Positions 25,550 through 36,800 of a DNA stretch of 64,000 nucleotides are shown here, one piece after another. The DNA lies in contig CAYHBB010000040.1 in assembly GCA_964354795.1 (NCBI GenBank), positions 12,593 through 76,592 on the forward strand, in the 5' to 3' direction. Source of the stretch: an uncultured Planctomycetales bacterium (GTDB lineage: Bacteria > Omnitrophota > Gorgyraeia > Gygaellales > Profunditerraquicolaceae). The stretch's first letter is position 1. The number at the start of each line of letters is the position of its first letter. Under the pieces are notes generated by a model that was not told the origin of the DNA, made no database searches, and saw nothing but the letters and a program-made list of their open reading frames with translations. The position numbers and the translations under genes were made by a program.

Positions 25550-26869
25550 TTAACGGGCCTTCTTTTTAGCCATCTCCCGCTCTTTTATCTTCTGAGTATC
25601 TAAAGCCACCTGCTCCGGAGTCTTTTCGCCAATGATGATAGACTGAATACCCATATCCCAGGTCTCAATGACCGCTGAGAACTCAGAGACTCCCCAAGTA
25701 TTAGGATGGGTAGCATAATCCATGCCTTTAGCGAATTGAGCCAGGACCTCGGGGATCTTGTTCAGACAGTTCTTGTTGGCGGGAAGATTATTGGTTGATT
25801 CGGAAAGATAAGCCTGCTGATCGCGGCTGGTAAGCCACTGCAGGAATTTCACCGCCTCATCCTTGTTCTTGGAATTGGCATTGACCATGAACGATGAACC
25901 GGCGCCTCCCCAGATAGCCATGGGAAATTTGTCGGTTACCTGCGGAGGAAGCATTGCCCCATACTCGATCTTGGGATTCATTCCTTTATATACGTTAACG
26001 CACCAGGAACCGTTAAAAGCGAAGACCGCTTTCTCATTGGCAAAAAGCTGCTCAGCAGTCTTATTCACCATGGTCACAACACCTGTGCCTATGAGCCCTG
26101 CTTCGCGCATATCCTTAAACACTGTCAACACCTTGATCCAGTCAGGATCGGTATAGGCAACCTCTCCCTTAATGGTCGCAATGACCTTATCTTTGCCCAT
26201 AATATTAAAGGCATAATTATTGGCAAAACAATCTGCCATCCATAATTCACCCCAGCCGGAGACCATGCCCTGCAGGCCGGCAACTTTGATCTTCTTTCCA
26301 AGAGCCAGGAAATCGACAAAATTCTGCGGGGGGTGCACTCCAAGGGACTTCAAAAGATTTTTATTATAGACCATCTGAATGGTCATGATATCTAAAGGAA
26401 CGCCATAAATGCCGGCCTTTGCGCCGTAGCTGTTTCCCTCGGCAAACTCATTTACCCCAAGGGCCTTGGCGAAAAAACTATTGAACCACTCAGAATTATT
26501 AGCCTGCATGTAAGGAGTAAGGTCCAGCACATATTCAGCCTTGACAAAAGAAGCAAAATCCCGCTTCTCACCGAGTATGCCGAATATGTCGGGAAGATTA
26601 GCACCCTGGCCTGCAGCACGTATCTTCTGAGTATAGGCGTCCGAGGGGGCGTAAAGTTCAAAATCTATTTTTACACCGGTCTGAGCTTCGTATTTCTTGG
26701 CGAGTTCCTGAAAGGCGGGCTCGCGGTCGGTCATCCAGTGCCAGATAGTGATAGTGGTTTTTGCGTTGGACTTATTTGCGGGGGAGCATCCTGCGGAAAA
26801 ACCTAACAGCAAAAGTGTTGGAATGATGAATAATGACAGAATCCGAAAACGCTTTCTTTCAGACAGCAT
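25550..26869 (-). CDS. extracellular solute-binding protein of a sugar ABC transporter
   Basis: 439 aa. It has a signal peptide with a lipobox-like LLLGFSAGCS. The rest is family-1 extracellular solute-binding protein fold sequence. It is the first gene of the permease operon and has an SD GGAGGAA. Confidence 0.85.
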   Translation of the reverse strand: MLSERKRFRILSLFIIPTLLLLGFSAGCSPANKSNAKTTITIWHWMTDREPAFQELAKKYEAQTGVKIDFELYAPSDAYTQKIRAAGQGANLPDIFGILGEKRDFASFVKAEYVLDLTPYMQANNSEWFNSFFAKALGVNEFAEGNSYGAKAGIYGVPLDIMTIQMVYNKNLLKSLGVHPPQNFVDFLALGKKIKVAGLQGMVSGWGELWMADCFANNYAFNIMGKDKVIATIKGEVAYTDPDWIKVLTVFKDMREAGLIGTGVVTMVNKTAEQLFANEKAVFAFNGSWCVNVYKGMNPKIEYGAMLPPQVTDKFPMAIWGGAGSSFMVNANSKNKDEAVKFLQWLTSRDQQAYLSESTNNLPANKNCLNKIPEVLAQFAKGMDYATHPNTWGVSEFSAVIETWDMGIQSIIIGEKTPEQVALDTQKIKEREMAKKKAR

Positions 26870-26893
26870 GATTCCTCCTTCCGCAGAAAGCGG

Positions 26894-26922
26894 AACACTG
26901 GCTTATCCTATAAAGCCAGGTG
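26894..26922. repeat. 29-bp palindromic intergenic element, copy B (between PilZ gene and sugar-binding protein gene)
   Basis: This copy is 29/29 identical to copy A. It lies 25 nt upstream of the SBP start codon, the same offset as copy A from the greA start (28 nt). It is followed on the RNA by a second small hairpin, UUCCGCUUUCUGCGGAA. Confidence 0.7.
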
Positions 26923-27060
26923 TAAATTGAAAACCGGCCTTACCTATAATATGAATAGGGTTTTGTTCCGGGGGTTGATTCCGGAGGCAAGTAAATAATA
27001 CTAAAATGTAACATATTTCACAACCAAGGTCAAGGAGATTTGTGCTTGCCCCGAGTGAGA

Positions 27061-27753
27061 TTATGACCTTAAAATCCGTGACAATCCCATCAGGTCAGCT
27101 TTCTCAAGGCTCACCCCGGCGCGATATTCATTCTCACCGATAGGCTTTGTCCAGATGACCTCGCCTCTGGTATAAACAGGCTCTCCCTTGTCAGGTATCT
27201 GCAGCCAGATCTCAACCGTCGTTCGCGGCATTAATTCTTCTTTGGTGCTAAAGCCAATACCCTTAGCGCTTACATCCTGAGTAAGAGCCAAGCCCTCTTT
27301 GCCGCTGTTTAGATCCAGGAACCGCACAGGAAATTTCACCACAAATCTCTGGAAAATCCTTTTATCTTCCATAGACTCTACCGCCTTTTCTTCGGGCTCA
27401 AAATCCTGCCACCAGGTTTTTTCCAGCGCCTCGCGGTGATTCTCGGTTATATAGCGGTAAATCTTTTCCTTGTCGCTGTCTGCGATCCTGGTAAAATACA
27501 GGCCGTAAGTATTCACCCCTTCGCTATGTTTATACCAGCCTACCCAGGCCTCAATATTCAGCACAAAAGTATCTGTTAGCACTAGGGTTAGCTTAATAAA
27601 CTTGTCTTCGGGAAGCTTAAGCGGCAGGGAAAACTTGACCCCCATCATGCTAATATCATCGACATGACAGTTGACGAATTTCTCGGCCCCGGCCAGTCTC
27701 ATCTGCGCCGGCATTCCTACTTTCCATCTGGCGAATCTTCTGCGTACTTCCAT
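27061..27753 (-). CDS. tandem PilZ-domain protein (putative c-di-GMP receptor)
   Basis: 230 aa. There are two PilZ signature pairs: RRRFAR ... DDISMMG (domain 1) and KRIFQR ... DVSAKGIG (domain 2). These match RxxxR + DxSxxG. Confidence 0.65.
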   Translation of the reverse strand: MEVRRRFARWKVGMPAQMRLAGAEKFVNCHVDDISMMGVKFSLPLKLPEDKFIKLTLVLTDTFVLNIEAWVGWYKHSEGVNTYGLYFTRIADSDKEKIYRYITENHREALEKTWWQDFEPEEKAVESMEDKRIFQRFVVKFPVRFLDLNSGKEGLALTQDVSAKGIGFSTKEELMPRTTVEIWLQIPDKGEPVYTRGEVIWTKPIGENEYRAGVSLEKADLMGLSRILRS

Positions 27754-27801
27754 CTGACTTACTCCTTTGCGCCCGCAGCGCCTGCGCGCCCCGACGCCTT
27801 T

Positions 27802-27829
27802 ATCTTACCAAAAATTAACAATTTGTCAA
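27802..27829 (-). promoter_or_regulatory. sigma70-like promoter for the PilZ gene (-35 TTGACA, 16-bp spacer, -10 TAAGAT)
   Basis: On the minus strand, TTGACA (27829-27824) is followed after 16 nt by TAAGAT (27807-27802). This is ~45 nt upstream of the PilZ ATG. An SD AAGGAG lies 8 nt before the start. It sits in the 85-nt gap after the giant-gene stop. Confidence 0.35.
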
Positions 27830-27838
27830 AACCCTAAT

Positions 27839-30800
27839 TTAATTTTCCTCCTGGCCAAGATCCTGACTGTTTCCATCATTATCCGTATCGACATCTACAT
27901 AGTCTTTTCTGATAGCGAATAATCTGATGTTTTCTAATGCCTCACTCTTGAAATACGCCAGTCGCTCTGATAGTTCTTTATACATAGGGTAAACCGCGGG
28001 CCTCTTTTCCCATGAAGAGGCCTTTGCTTTTTCTTTTAACTTAAGTTGCATCTGGGATGCTTTTTCAAGGAGTGCCTTGGGATCATCCAATACCAGAGAA
28101 GGAAAATTCTTCTCGACATATTCCGCCTTTACCTGAATAAGAAATAATGTTTCTTGATCATTCAGCGGCTTCCCGGATATTTTATTGGCACTGTTGCGAT
28201 TAACCAGGAATCTGATATTTTCTATCCGTGAATAAATAAATATACCGTCATTACGGCCGATAAGCTGCCCGGATAGAGAAAGCTTTACCGCTTCATCATC
28301 CGGCATTAAGAAAACTCGCATTCCTGCGCGCGAACCCTCAACCACTATCACCTGTTGGGCCCCTGCTAATTTGGTGGATTTAATCAGCTCCGCTGTTTTT
28401 TTCTGGTCAAATTTTCCGATTGCGATCGGGGATTCAGGGACAAGATACGGGAAGTCGCTGATATCGGATATACCCGGGACAAAGATCTCAATAAGGCCAC
28501 CGATGGCATCAGGATTACCTGCCCCGCGCACAGAGTCAATTTTCGGCAAATTCTCGATCAGTTTCCCGATACAGTCAAGGGAGTCTTTTATGGCCTTAAG
28601 GCCTTCCGCGGCAAAACCCCTCTTATCATTAAGCGTAAGATCGAAATATGACTGTATTATATTAACCCTGTTATTGAATTTATGGATCACCGTCCGAAGA
28701 ACAGCCTGAAGGATCATTTTTGAAACCTTATCTTTCGCCATATTTTCTGCGATGTGTAACGTCTTGATCAAAGCATTACATGCGCCTAATGAACGGCTTA
28801 TTGCGGCACGTAATTCTTTTATTGCTTCTGAGCCTTCATCTGTAAGATGTTCCAACTTAAACCCGGATGTTATCGATCGCGCCTTATCGATATCGTTCCT
28901 CAAAATCCTATCCAGGACCCATCCCAGTTGACGCACAATCTGCAAAGGCGTTTTTTCGCCGCTTGGGTTGCGGATAGAATCTTCACAAGCCTTAAAAATA
29001 TCGCCTTCGCCTTTTTGCGCGTCTTTAAGGACTTTATTTATCCTGCAATAAGGGCTGCAAGAAGAGCTTTCGCCATGCACCAGCATCTGAGTAATGATCT
29101 CTCTACCGGATTCCGTCAACGCGAAATTCGTAAGCAGAGGGTCATCCGGCCAGAAATACGGCATAAAGTAATCGCATAATTCATGGCGAAAATCAGCTAC
29201 CCTCCTGCCTGACGTTACCCTATATCTTCTTAAGCTGCCGTTATGCCTGTCAGGGCTGTTTTCCCAGGCATACAAATAATCCTGATTAGCCCAGGTAAAT
29301 AATTCCCCGACTTCATGAGCCATGGATAGCTTCAGGACTTGCTTTAAGAAAGCGATTTTATCATCACGCGTAAATATAAGCCTCGTCGGTGAGAAGCCGG
29401 TAGCCTTGGCCATATCCACCAACTCCCCAAGGGATCCTTCCGGCATATCCGCAACCGTGATCTCCCCTTTTAATAAACCCTGAAGATCATTACGCTGTTC
29501 GAATATAGTAATGAATAGCGGGATGCTGCTCTCGGCCCGACGATAAGTGATCCCTTCCAGCAAGAATGCCGGCAACAGACTGACTGAATCCTGAATATCT
29601 TTATCGTTAAGAACCCTTATAAAGCCTTTCCTTGGCCCGCCTTCCGGAGCGCTCCTGCCGTATTCTCTGCGGTCTCTTTCTATGGTCCTTTCTACTACCT
29701 CCCTATCCTTACCCTCTTTAAGGGCCAACTCCAGGGAATATCTCTCCGCCTGCCTGAAGACATATCCTTCATCGGGATAAAACTCTGAGCTGGGTATTAA
29801 TAAGCGGCTATCTTTGGGATTAGAGTATAATCTGTTTTTCTTTGACTGGATCGTTGCGGCTAAGAGCGGGATGACGAAAAGCGCTGCTAATGCCGGCGGA
29901 GCATGAATTAATCCTGGGATTAAAATCGGGGCTAAGATAAAGCAAAGCGCCACCAGCACGAGGAACGCAATTAAAGTTTGGCCGGATCTACTAAAATTAG
30001 AACCGTCTCCTTTCTTGATACGGCTGGCAAGCCTGGCCACATCCGGCTTTTGGGGATGGGCCTTGCCATCAGACCGGGTTACGTCACCAAGGGCATCGAT
30101 TATATTTTGGATATCCATTTCATAATGCGTGTATAAACCTCCTAATGTCTTTCCCATGCCCGCTAATTTGTTCTTGAAATCACCCTTGGTCAGCTGGGAT
30201 AATCTTGACTTTCCGGCAGCTTCGAGAAGTTTGCGTATGAGGAACCGCTGGATCCTGACATCAACATTTTTCCAAAAGGTCTTTGGCCTATCGAAGAGCC
30301 TTCTTGCCGCTTCCTCCATTTTCTCCTCTGTCGATCCAATCTCCACCATTACATCGCCAAGGGCATCTACCATCTTTTGGACATTCATCCCATAATGCCG
30401 GCATAAACCTGCTAATGTCTTTTCTGAGCCCATCACCTGTGTATTAAAATCGTGCACAGTCAACTGGGATAATCTTGACTTTCCGGCAGCTTCAAGAAGT
30501 TTGCGCATGAGGAACCGCTGGATCCTGACATCGACATTTTTCCAACGAGATACTTTCCTCTCGAGGAGCTTTCTTGCCGCTTCCTCTATTTTCTTATCTG
30601 TCAATTTAAGTTTCACTTCCACATCGCCAAGGGTATCGATGATACTCGGGATATTCCGCCCGTAATAAGCGTATAAAGCGCTTAACGTTTTTTCCGTGCC
30701 CATTATCCCGGTCTCCATAAAATCAATATCCGTTAGTTGGGATAATCTTGACTTTACGCAGGCGCGCAGGAGTTCACATATAAGGAACCGCTGGATCCTT

Positions 30801-33800
30801 ACATCGACATTTTTCCAGCGATCCACTCCCTCCTCGAGAAGGTTTTTCGCCGCCTCCACTATTTGTTCCGCTGGCAATTCAATCTCCACATTGCCGAGGG
30901 CATCGATGATATTCTGGATATTTTCCCCGTAATGACAACACAGACCTATTAATGTTTTACCTGAGCCCAGCACCTCGATATAAAAATCATACGCGTTCAG
31001 CTGGGATAATCTTGACTTTCCTGTCTCTTCCAGGAGTTCGCGTATGAGGAACCGTTGGATCCTTACATCGACATTCTCCCAAAAGATATTTTGCCCCGCG
31101 AAGAGTTTTTTCGCCGCCTCCACTATTTGTTCCGCTGGCAATTCAATCTCCACATTGCCGAGGGCATCGATGATATTCTGGATATTTTGCCCGTAATGAT
31201 TGTATAGACCTGTTAACGTTTTACCCGAGCCCAATACCTCGTTATCAAAATCGTGCACGGTCAGCTGGGATAATCTTGACTTTCCTGTCTCTTCCAGGAG
31301 TTCGCGTATGAGGAACCGCTGGATCCTTACATCAACGTTTTCCCAGAAGGTTTTTTGTTTCTCTAGAAGTTTTCTCGCTGCCTCCTCTATTTGGCCCTCT
31401 GTCAATTCAAGCTCCACATCACCGAGGGCATCGATGATTTTCGCGACATCCCTTCCGTAATAAATATAAAAACCCCATAGCCTTTTTCCTGTGCCCATTA
31501 TCCTGGTATCTTTAAAATCAGGCGCATTCAGCTGGGATAATTTTAACTTTCCTGTCTCTCCCAAAAGCTCGTGTATGAGGAACCGCTGGATCCTGACATC
31601 GACTTTTCTCCAATGGATATTTTGCCTCTCCAGGAGGTTTCTCGCTACTTCCCCTATTTTTTCCTCTGTCAATTCAAGCTCCACATCACCAAGGGCATCA
31701 ATGATATTTTGAATATCACTCCCATAATGACAAAATAGACCGCGTAATGTCTTTCCTGAGCCCATTATTTTGATAGTGCTAAAGTTAGTTGTGGTCAGCA
31801 GGGATAATTTTGACTTTCCCGAGGCCTCCATGAGCTTGCGTATGAGGAAACGCTGGATCCTGGCATCAACATTACTCCAAGAAGCTATTTTTTCTTCGAG
31901 AAGTTTTTTCCCCATCTCCTCTATTTGTTCTTCTTGCAATTCAAGCTCCACATCGCCAAGCGCATCGACCATCTGTTGGATATTGCCTCCGTAATGATAG
32001 CATAAACCGCTTAATGCCTTTTTTGAACCCAGTATCTTGGCATTTGCGAAAGCATCCAGGGTCAGCTGGGATAACCGTGACTTTCCGCTGGCTTCCAGGA
32101 GCTCGCGTATGAGGAACTGCTGGACCCTTACATCGACATTTTCCCAGAGGGTTCTTTGCCTCTCGAAAAGTTTTTTCGCCGCCTCTTCTATCTCCTCATT
32201 TGTCAATTCAAGCTCCACATCGCCAAGCGCATCGACCACCTTTTGGACGCTGCTCCCATAATGGTTGTAAAAACCCCTTAACGTATTTTTTGCACCCAAT
32301 ACCTTAATATCAAAATCACTGCTTGCCAGCCGGGATAACCTTGACTTTCCGCTGGCCTTCAGGAGTTCGCATATGAGGAACCGCTGAACGGGAACAGGAA
32401 CCTTCGTCCAATGGATCGTGCCTTTTTTAAGTAAAAGGGTCTCTCCTTTTGCTTGTTCGTAATACACCTCATTTATTTCCTCAGGCAGGAATTTGCCGCC
32501 TTTGGGCCAACGCTTAAGCAAACTAACTGCGCCCGGAAAGTCCATCGCTGCCGAGGTCAAAAGCGCATCTATAAAACCCGGGAAGTGTTTCTCTATTTCT
32601 GCCGGGGTTAGGCCTACAGCTCTGTCGCGTCTCCTTTTTAATCTGATCAGATCATCTTTAGACATATAATCGGTAGCCTCAAGCCTGGCGTCAAATTCAT
32701 CAGCCCCTGTCTCCTCATACCAGGCTTTAACTTCCGGCAGGTGGCTTTTTATTTTTGCGACCGAATAATACGGCTCAAGCTGTCCCGATATTTCCGACAG
32801 CCTCTGCGCAAAATCTGACCTGACATGATCTTGTGCATCGTACCACTGGACAAGGAGTAGCTCCAGCTGGTGCCGGGTGCGCGCCGGTAAAAATGGCTTT
32901 AATGTCCTAAGTTCAAATAGGATATCTTCTAGTTCCGGATTTTTGCCGGCCAGATCCGTTTTTCTGACGCGGTCTGATGACGGCGATATTATGGCATCGG
33001 CTGATAAATTCGCTGCAAGATATAGGGCTTCGAGCTGGACAGGGTCAACCTCGGTCGTTTCAGGTTTATTTTTTCCAAGCGGCCTTATTTCTGATTTGGA
33101 AAAGAGAAGATCTTTTTCTTCTATTTCAGGAACCCGGGTTACATCTTTTACCTTCCTCAAGATCAAGACGTAGAACTTCTTTTCGACGAGGCTGCGTAAG
33201 GCATCGGCTGCATCTTTTCCCATATCGGATTTACAGCTGTTATATATTCTGTCGTCGAGCGTATTATTGATGGGAGAGTCGCTTACAATTTCAAACCCGA
33301 GTTCTGTTAATATGGAGAAAAATCCTTCGCATGGCTGACAGTTCAACGGAAGTGTGATCGCGAACTCTCCGGTCCGCTCATTCGGTTCCTCTGATGTGGA
33401 TGCCCTCAAAAGCCTGTTCGCATGAACGAAAACTTTGAGCCTCTCCTTTGGCGTAAGATGAACGAATACAAAGTTCGACACTAAAACGTCGTAGGCGCCG
33501 GCACGGTAGTAATCGCTTAAGGGAGCCTGCGAAAGATCAATCGGCCTATCAAGCGTTGCGGCACTTTCGACCAGGACCTTGTTCGGATTTTGGCCTTCTG
33601 AGTAAGATTCCACGTCCTTTTCAATATCTACTATTTTCGCCATCGGCATGGCTTTGCCGATCTGCTTTATTACTGTATAAAAGGCGGAGCGGCCCGCACC
33701 TATATCCATTACATTTTGCACCCTGCCTTCGCCTATTGCCCGCGCGTAGCGGTTTGCCAAATATAAGTTCGCCAGATGCGCCACCGTGGCATTGATGAAA

Positions 33801-36800
33801 TGATCGTCTACCGCTTCGTTGGCGCGTCTTGTATCGCCTCTTGCCCAGGCGCGGCGCGCCTTCTCAAGGGCCGTTTGGGCGCAGGTGAGTTTATTGTAAA
33901 TCTCATCGAGCGCGGTTATTTCTTCCCGGGTCAGGAGGTCTATCGGGCCCTGTGATTCATACCTCTGGATCGCGGAATCGAGGAACGCGCGCTCATTTGG
34001 TGTGAAGTAAAATTCTGCCATACCTTTACGTTTCATAATAACCTTTAACTTATCCAGCGCCTTCCGGACCTTTATTGCGCTTTCGAGTTTTGCGTAAAGC
34101 GTATCAATAATGCCGAAATCGTCATCGCCCACGCCAGAGCGGGCTAAAAGCTCGTTAAGCGACGCCCGCTCATCCGGTGATAACGCCTGGCCAAAACGAG
34201 ATATATCATCCAGCCTCTTTGCGTATAGCGACGCCTGTTTTCGCTTTTTCGCTATGGCAGCTTCGACAGTCCCTTTTTCCGGAGGAAAATGAGTCGCGAT
34301 GTCATCCCTTCCTATGGAGAATTCGAAACCGCTAAGCCTGTTCTTTATCGTTACGAAATAATCAGGATAGTTGCCGAAAGCGTCCGGCTTTTTCCTTGCC
34401 GTAAAGTTGCCGGGGATATAATATATATCGACCGTGCCGTCCGCTGCTTTTATGACGCCCCATTCCTTAATCGCTTCTTCATAAATCTTCGATGAGCTAT
34501 GGGCAACTATCACATTTTCGCCGATGCGGGGTTTTTCCGCTGCGCTAACCACCGCCCCCAGCACGCAGGCGCCGAGAATTAGCGCCAGCCCGTGCACTGC
34601 GGTGAGTGCCGCCAGCGCGCCGATCGCCGCCGATGCGACGCCGATCATTATCAAAATTGAGCTTGCGCCGAACGTATCAGGACCTTCCTTATCATCAGAA
34701 AGGTCTCTGCTTTTATAGGGTTCGATAAGCGTAGCCTTTTCGGGGTCATTTACGATTTGCCAATTAAGATCCGCGGGTTTGATCTCTTTGGCTATCCAAG
34801 CCATTGTCAGATGCAGATGAGCCGGCGCGCTGGTCAACTTTTGACGAGGATCCGCGATTCTAACGATGATATCCTGCGCCCGGCATATCCTACCTTCCTC
34901 AATCCCCTGCTCTGGCTGGACATGACCGTAAATGGTATAGAGTTGTTTTCCCTCTCCATCATAGACTTCATGGTTGACAAATATAGTATTACCGATAAAA
35001 TCGTCGATTATCCGCACAATCTTTCCGCCGTAGATAAGCGGCACTCCTTGGCCCGGTTGGACATATTGAATCTTACCTTGTGAATCTTCATACGAATAAA
35101 GATCTATCCCTTCATGGCTAAAGGTGCTTAAGCGCCCTTTTTTCTCCCCCCACCAATATTTTTGGGCCTCAAAGAGCATATCCGGTTCAAAGACCCACTT
35201 TTTAAACCAGCCCGGCAATTTGAAACTCATCAGCCATTTTAGAACCGGACATGCGGCCAGTTCTCGCAGCGCCAGGCGCCATTCTTGAAATGCCTTATCT
35301 GCTTCTTCGCTGATCTTCGATTCATTCTCTTCAAGCTCATCCTGAATACCGGCTATTTCATCTATCAAACTTATTAAAATCTTTCTTTGTTTGATGATTT
35401 CCTCGGGATTTGCCTCAAACAACTCCCTCAACTCCTTTACCCTATCCCTTGCTACCGCAATTAAATCATCGATCTCTTTCAGGTCTCTTGAGTTCTCCAG
35501 CACAGAATCTGCAATTTCTCCGATATCAATAGAAATCAAGTCAATTAAGTACAATATCCTGTCTTCCCGCTCACTCGTTATCGATTCTTTGCCATCATCT
35601 TTTAACCTGCCTCTTTTCCCAATGGCTTCTCTTATTTTCTCCTGGACTTTTGGATCATTGTTCGCCCGCCAGACGATTGCGCTTTCCGCAAGCCCCATCT
35701 TGCCTTTGTAGCGCGTTTCTTGCGCGAGGCTTCTTACGCTCACAGGCATACCTTTTCTTTTCAATCTCTCTATGGCAAGCGATATTTCTCTATCATATGA
35801 TGAACCGACAACCAAAAGAGCTCTCCTTAGATCCGGATGCTCGTCAACAAATCTTCTGACTGTATTCTCATTACTCAGCAATAATATCGCGATCTCATGT
35901 AGGCTAACGGGAGAGCCTTGCGCCTGTAAATATGATATCGCTGAACGAATACTTTTCTCGGTTACAAAAGTGAATTTCGCATCGTCTGTAGCGGATTGTA
36001 AAGTTGTGGATAAAAGCGGGAAGGCAAAAAGCGCGGCTAATGCCGGTCCCGCCACATGCAAGGCAAATAACGGCGCCAGCACCAGTCCGGCAAACGCAAA
36101 AATAGCACAAATACCCCACAGCGACTCAATGCGGCTTGAGCCGGATTTCCCTGCAGAAGTATCTATCCCTCTGCCTGACCTTATCCTGGCGCAGATAAAA
36201 CTTATGATTGAAACAAAGATGTAGGATATGACTCCGATACCCAAAACTATTCCTACCGGCTTGAGGTATTTCTTGAGGCTAAGCGGTTTTGTCTCGGTTA
36301 CAGCAGTTACCTTAGCCCAATCTTCGGGCGCAACTCGCGCCCTTATCGCCTCCAGCGCCGCTTGTGCCGCTTGGCGCTCTGCTTTGGAGTGCTTGATTTC
36401 ATTCGCAGATATAAAGCGAAGTGAAGGCACGGCGCTTATATCGCCAAACCGGCTAAGCCTATGAATAGCAGCTAAACGGATGTTCAAATGCTTTACCTTC
36501 AGGCATTTCAGTAATGTGTCCCTGTCCGAGACAGACTCGGTAATAGATATAAGGCTTGAAGCTGCGGAATTACGCACCCCCTCATCTTCGTCGCTCAAGG
36601 CTTTAATTAGTGGCTCTATTGCCCTGAGATCTTTAAGCTCGCCCAAAGAACAGGCTGCAACGGATCTTAATCTATCGTTAGATCTGCTGTTTAAGTTCTC
36701 GATAAAAGCTGATACCGCTTGCTGATCGCCGATCCCAATCAGGATCTTGGCTACAGATTCAGAACCATATATTTTGTATATTTCGATTAAAACCGGGACT

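Noticed and set aside
27754-27838. GC-rich segment gcgcccgcagcgcctgcgcgcc after the giant-gene stop as a terminator
   Set aside because: No convincing stem plus U-tract on the minus-strand RNA. The region is better explained as the promoter and 5'UTR of the PilZ gene.
30129-32261. Periodic plus-strand mini-ORFs (30129..30395, 30696..30932, 31200..31460, 31491..31712, 31770..31994, 32037..32261) resembling a repeat-spacer array
   Set aside because: This is not a CRISPR array and these are not genes. They mirror the nine in-frame 264-nt coding repeats of the giant gene. The repeats are imperfect and there are no unique spacers.
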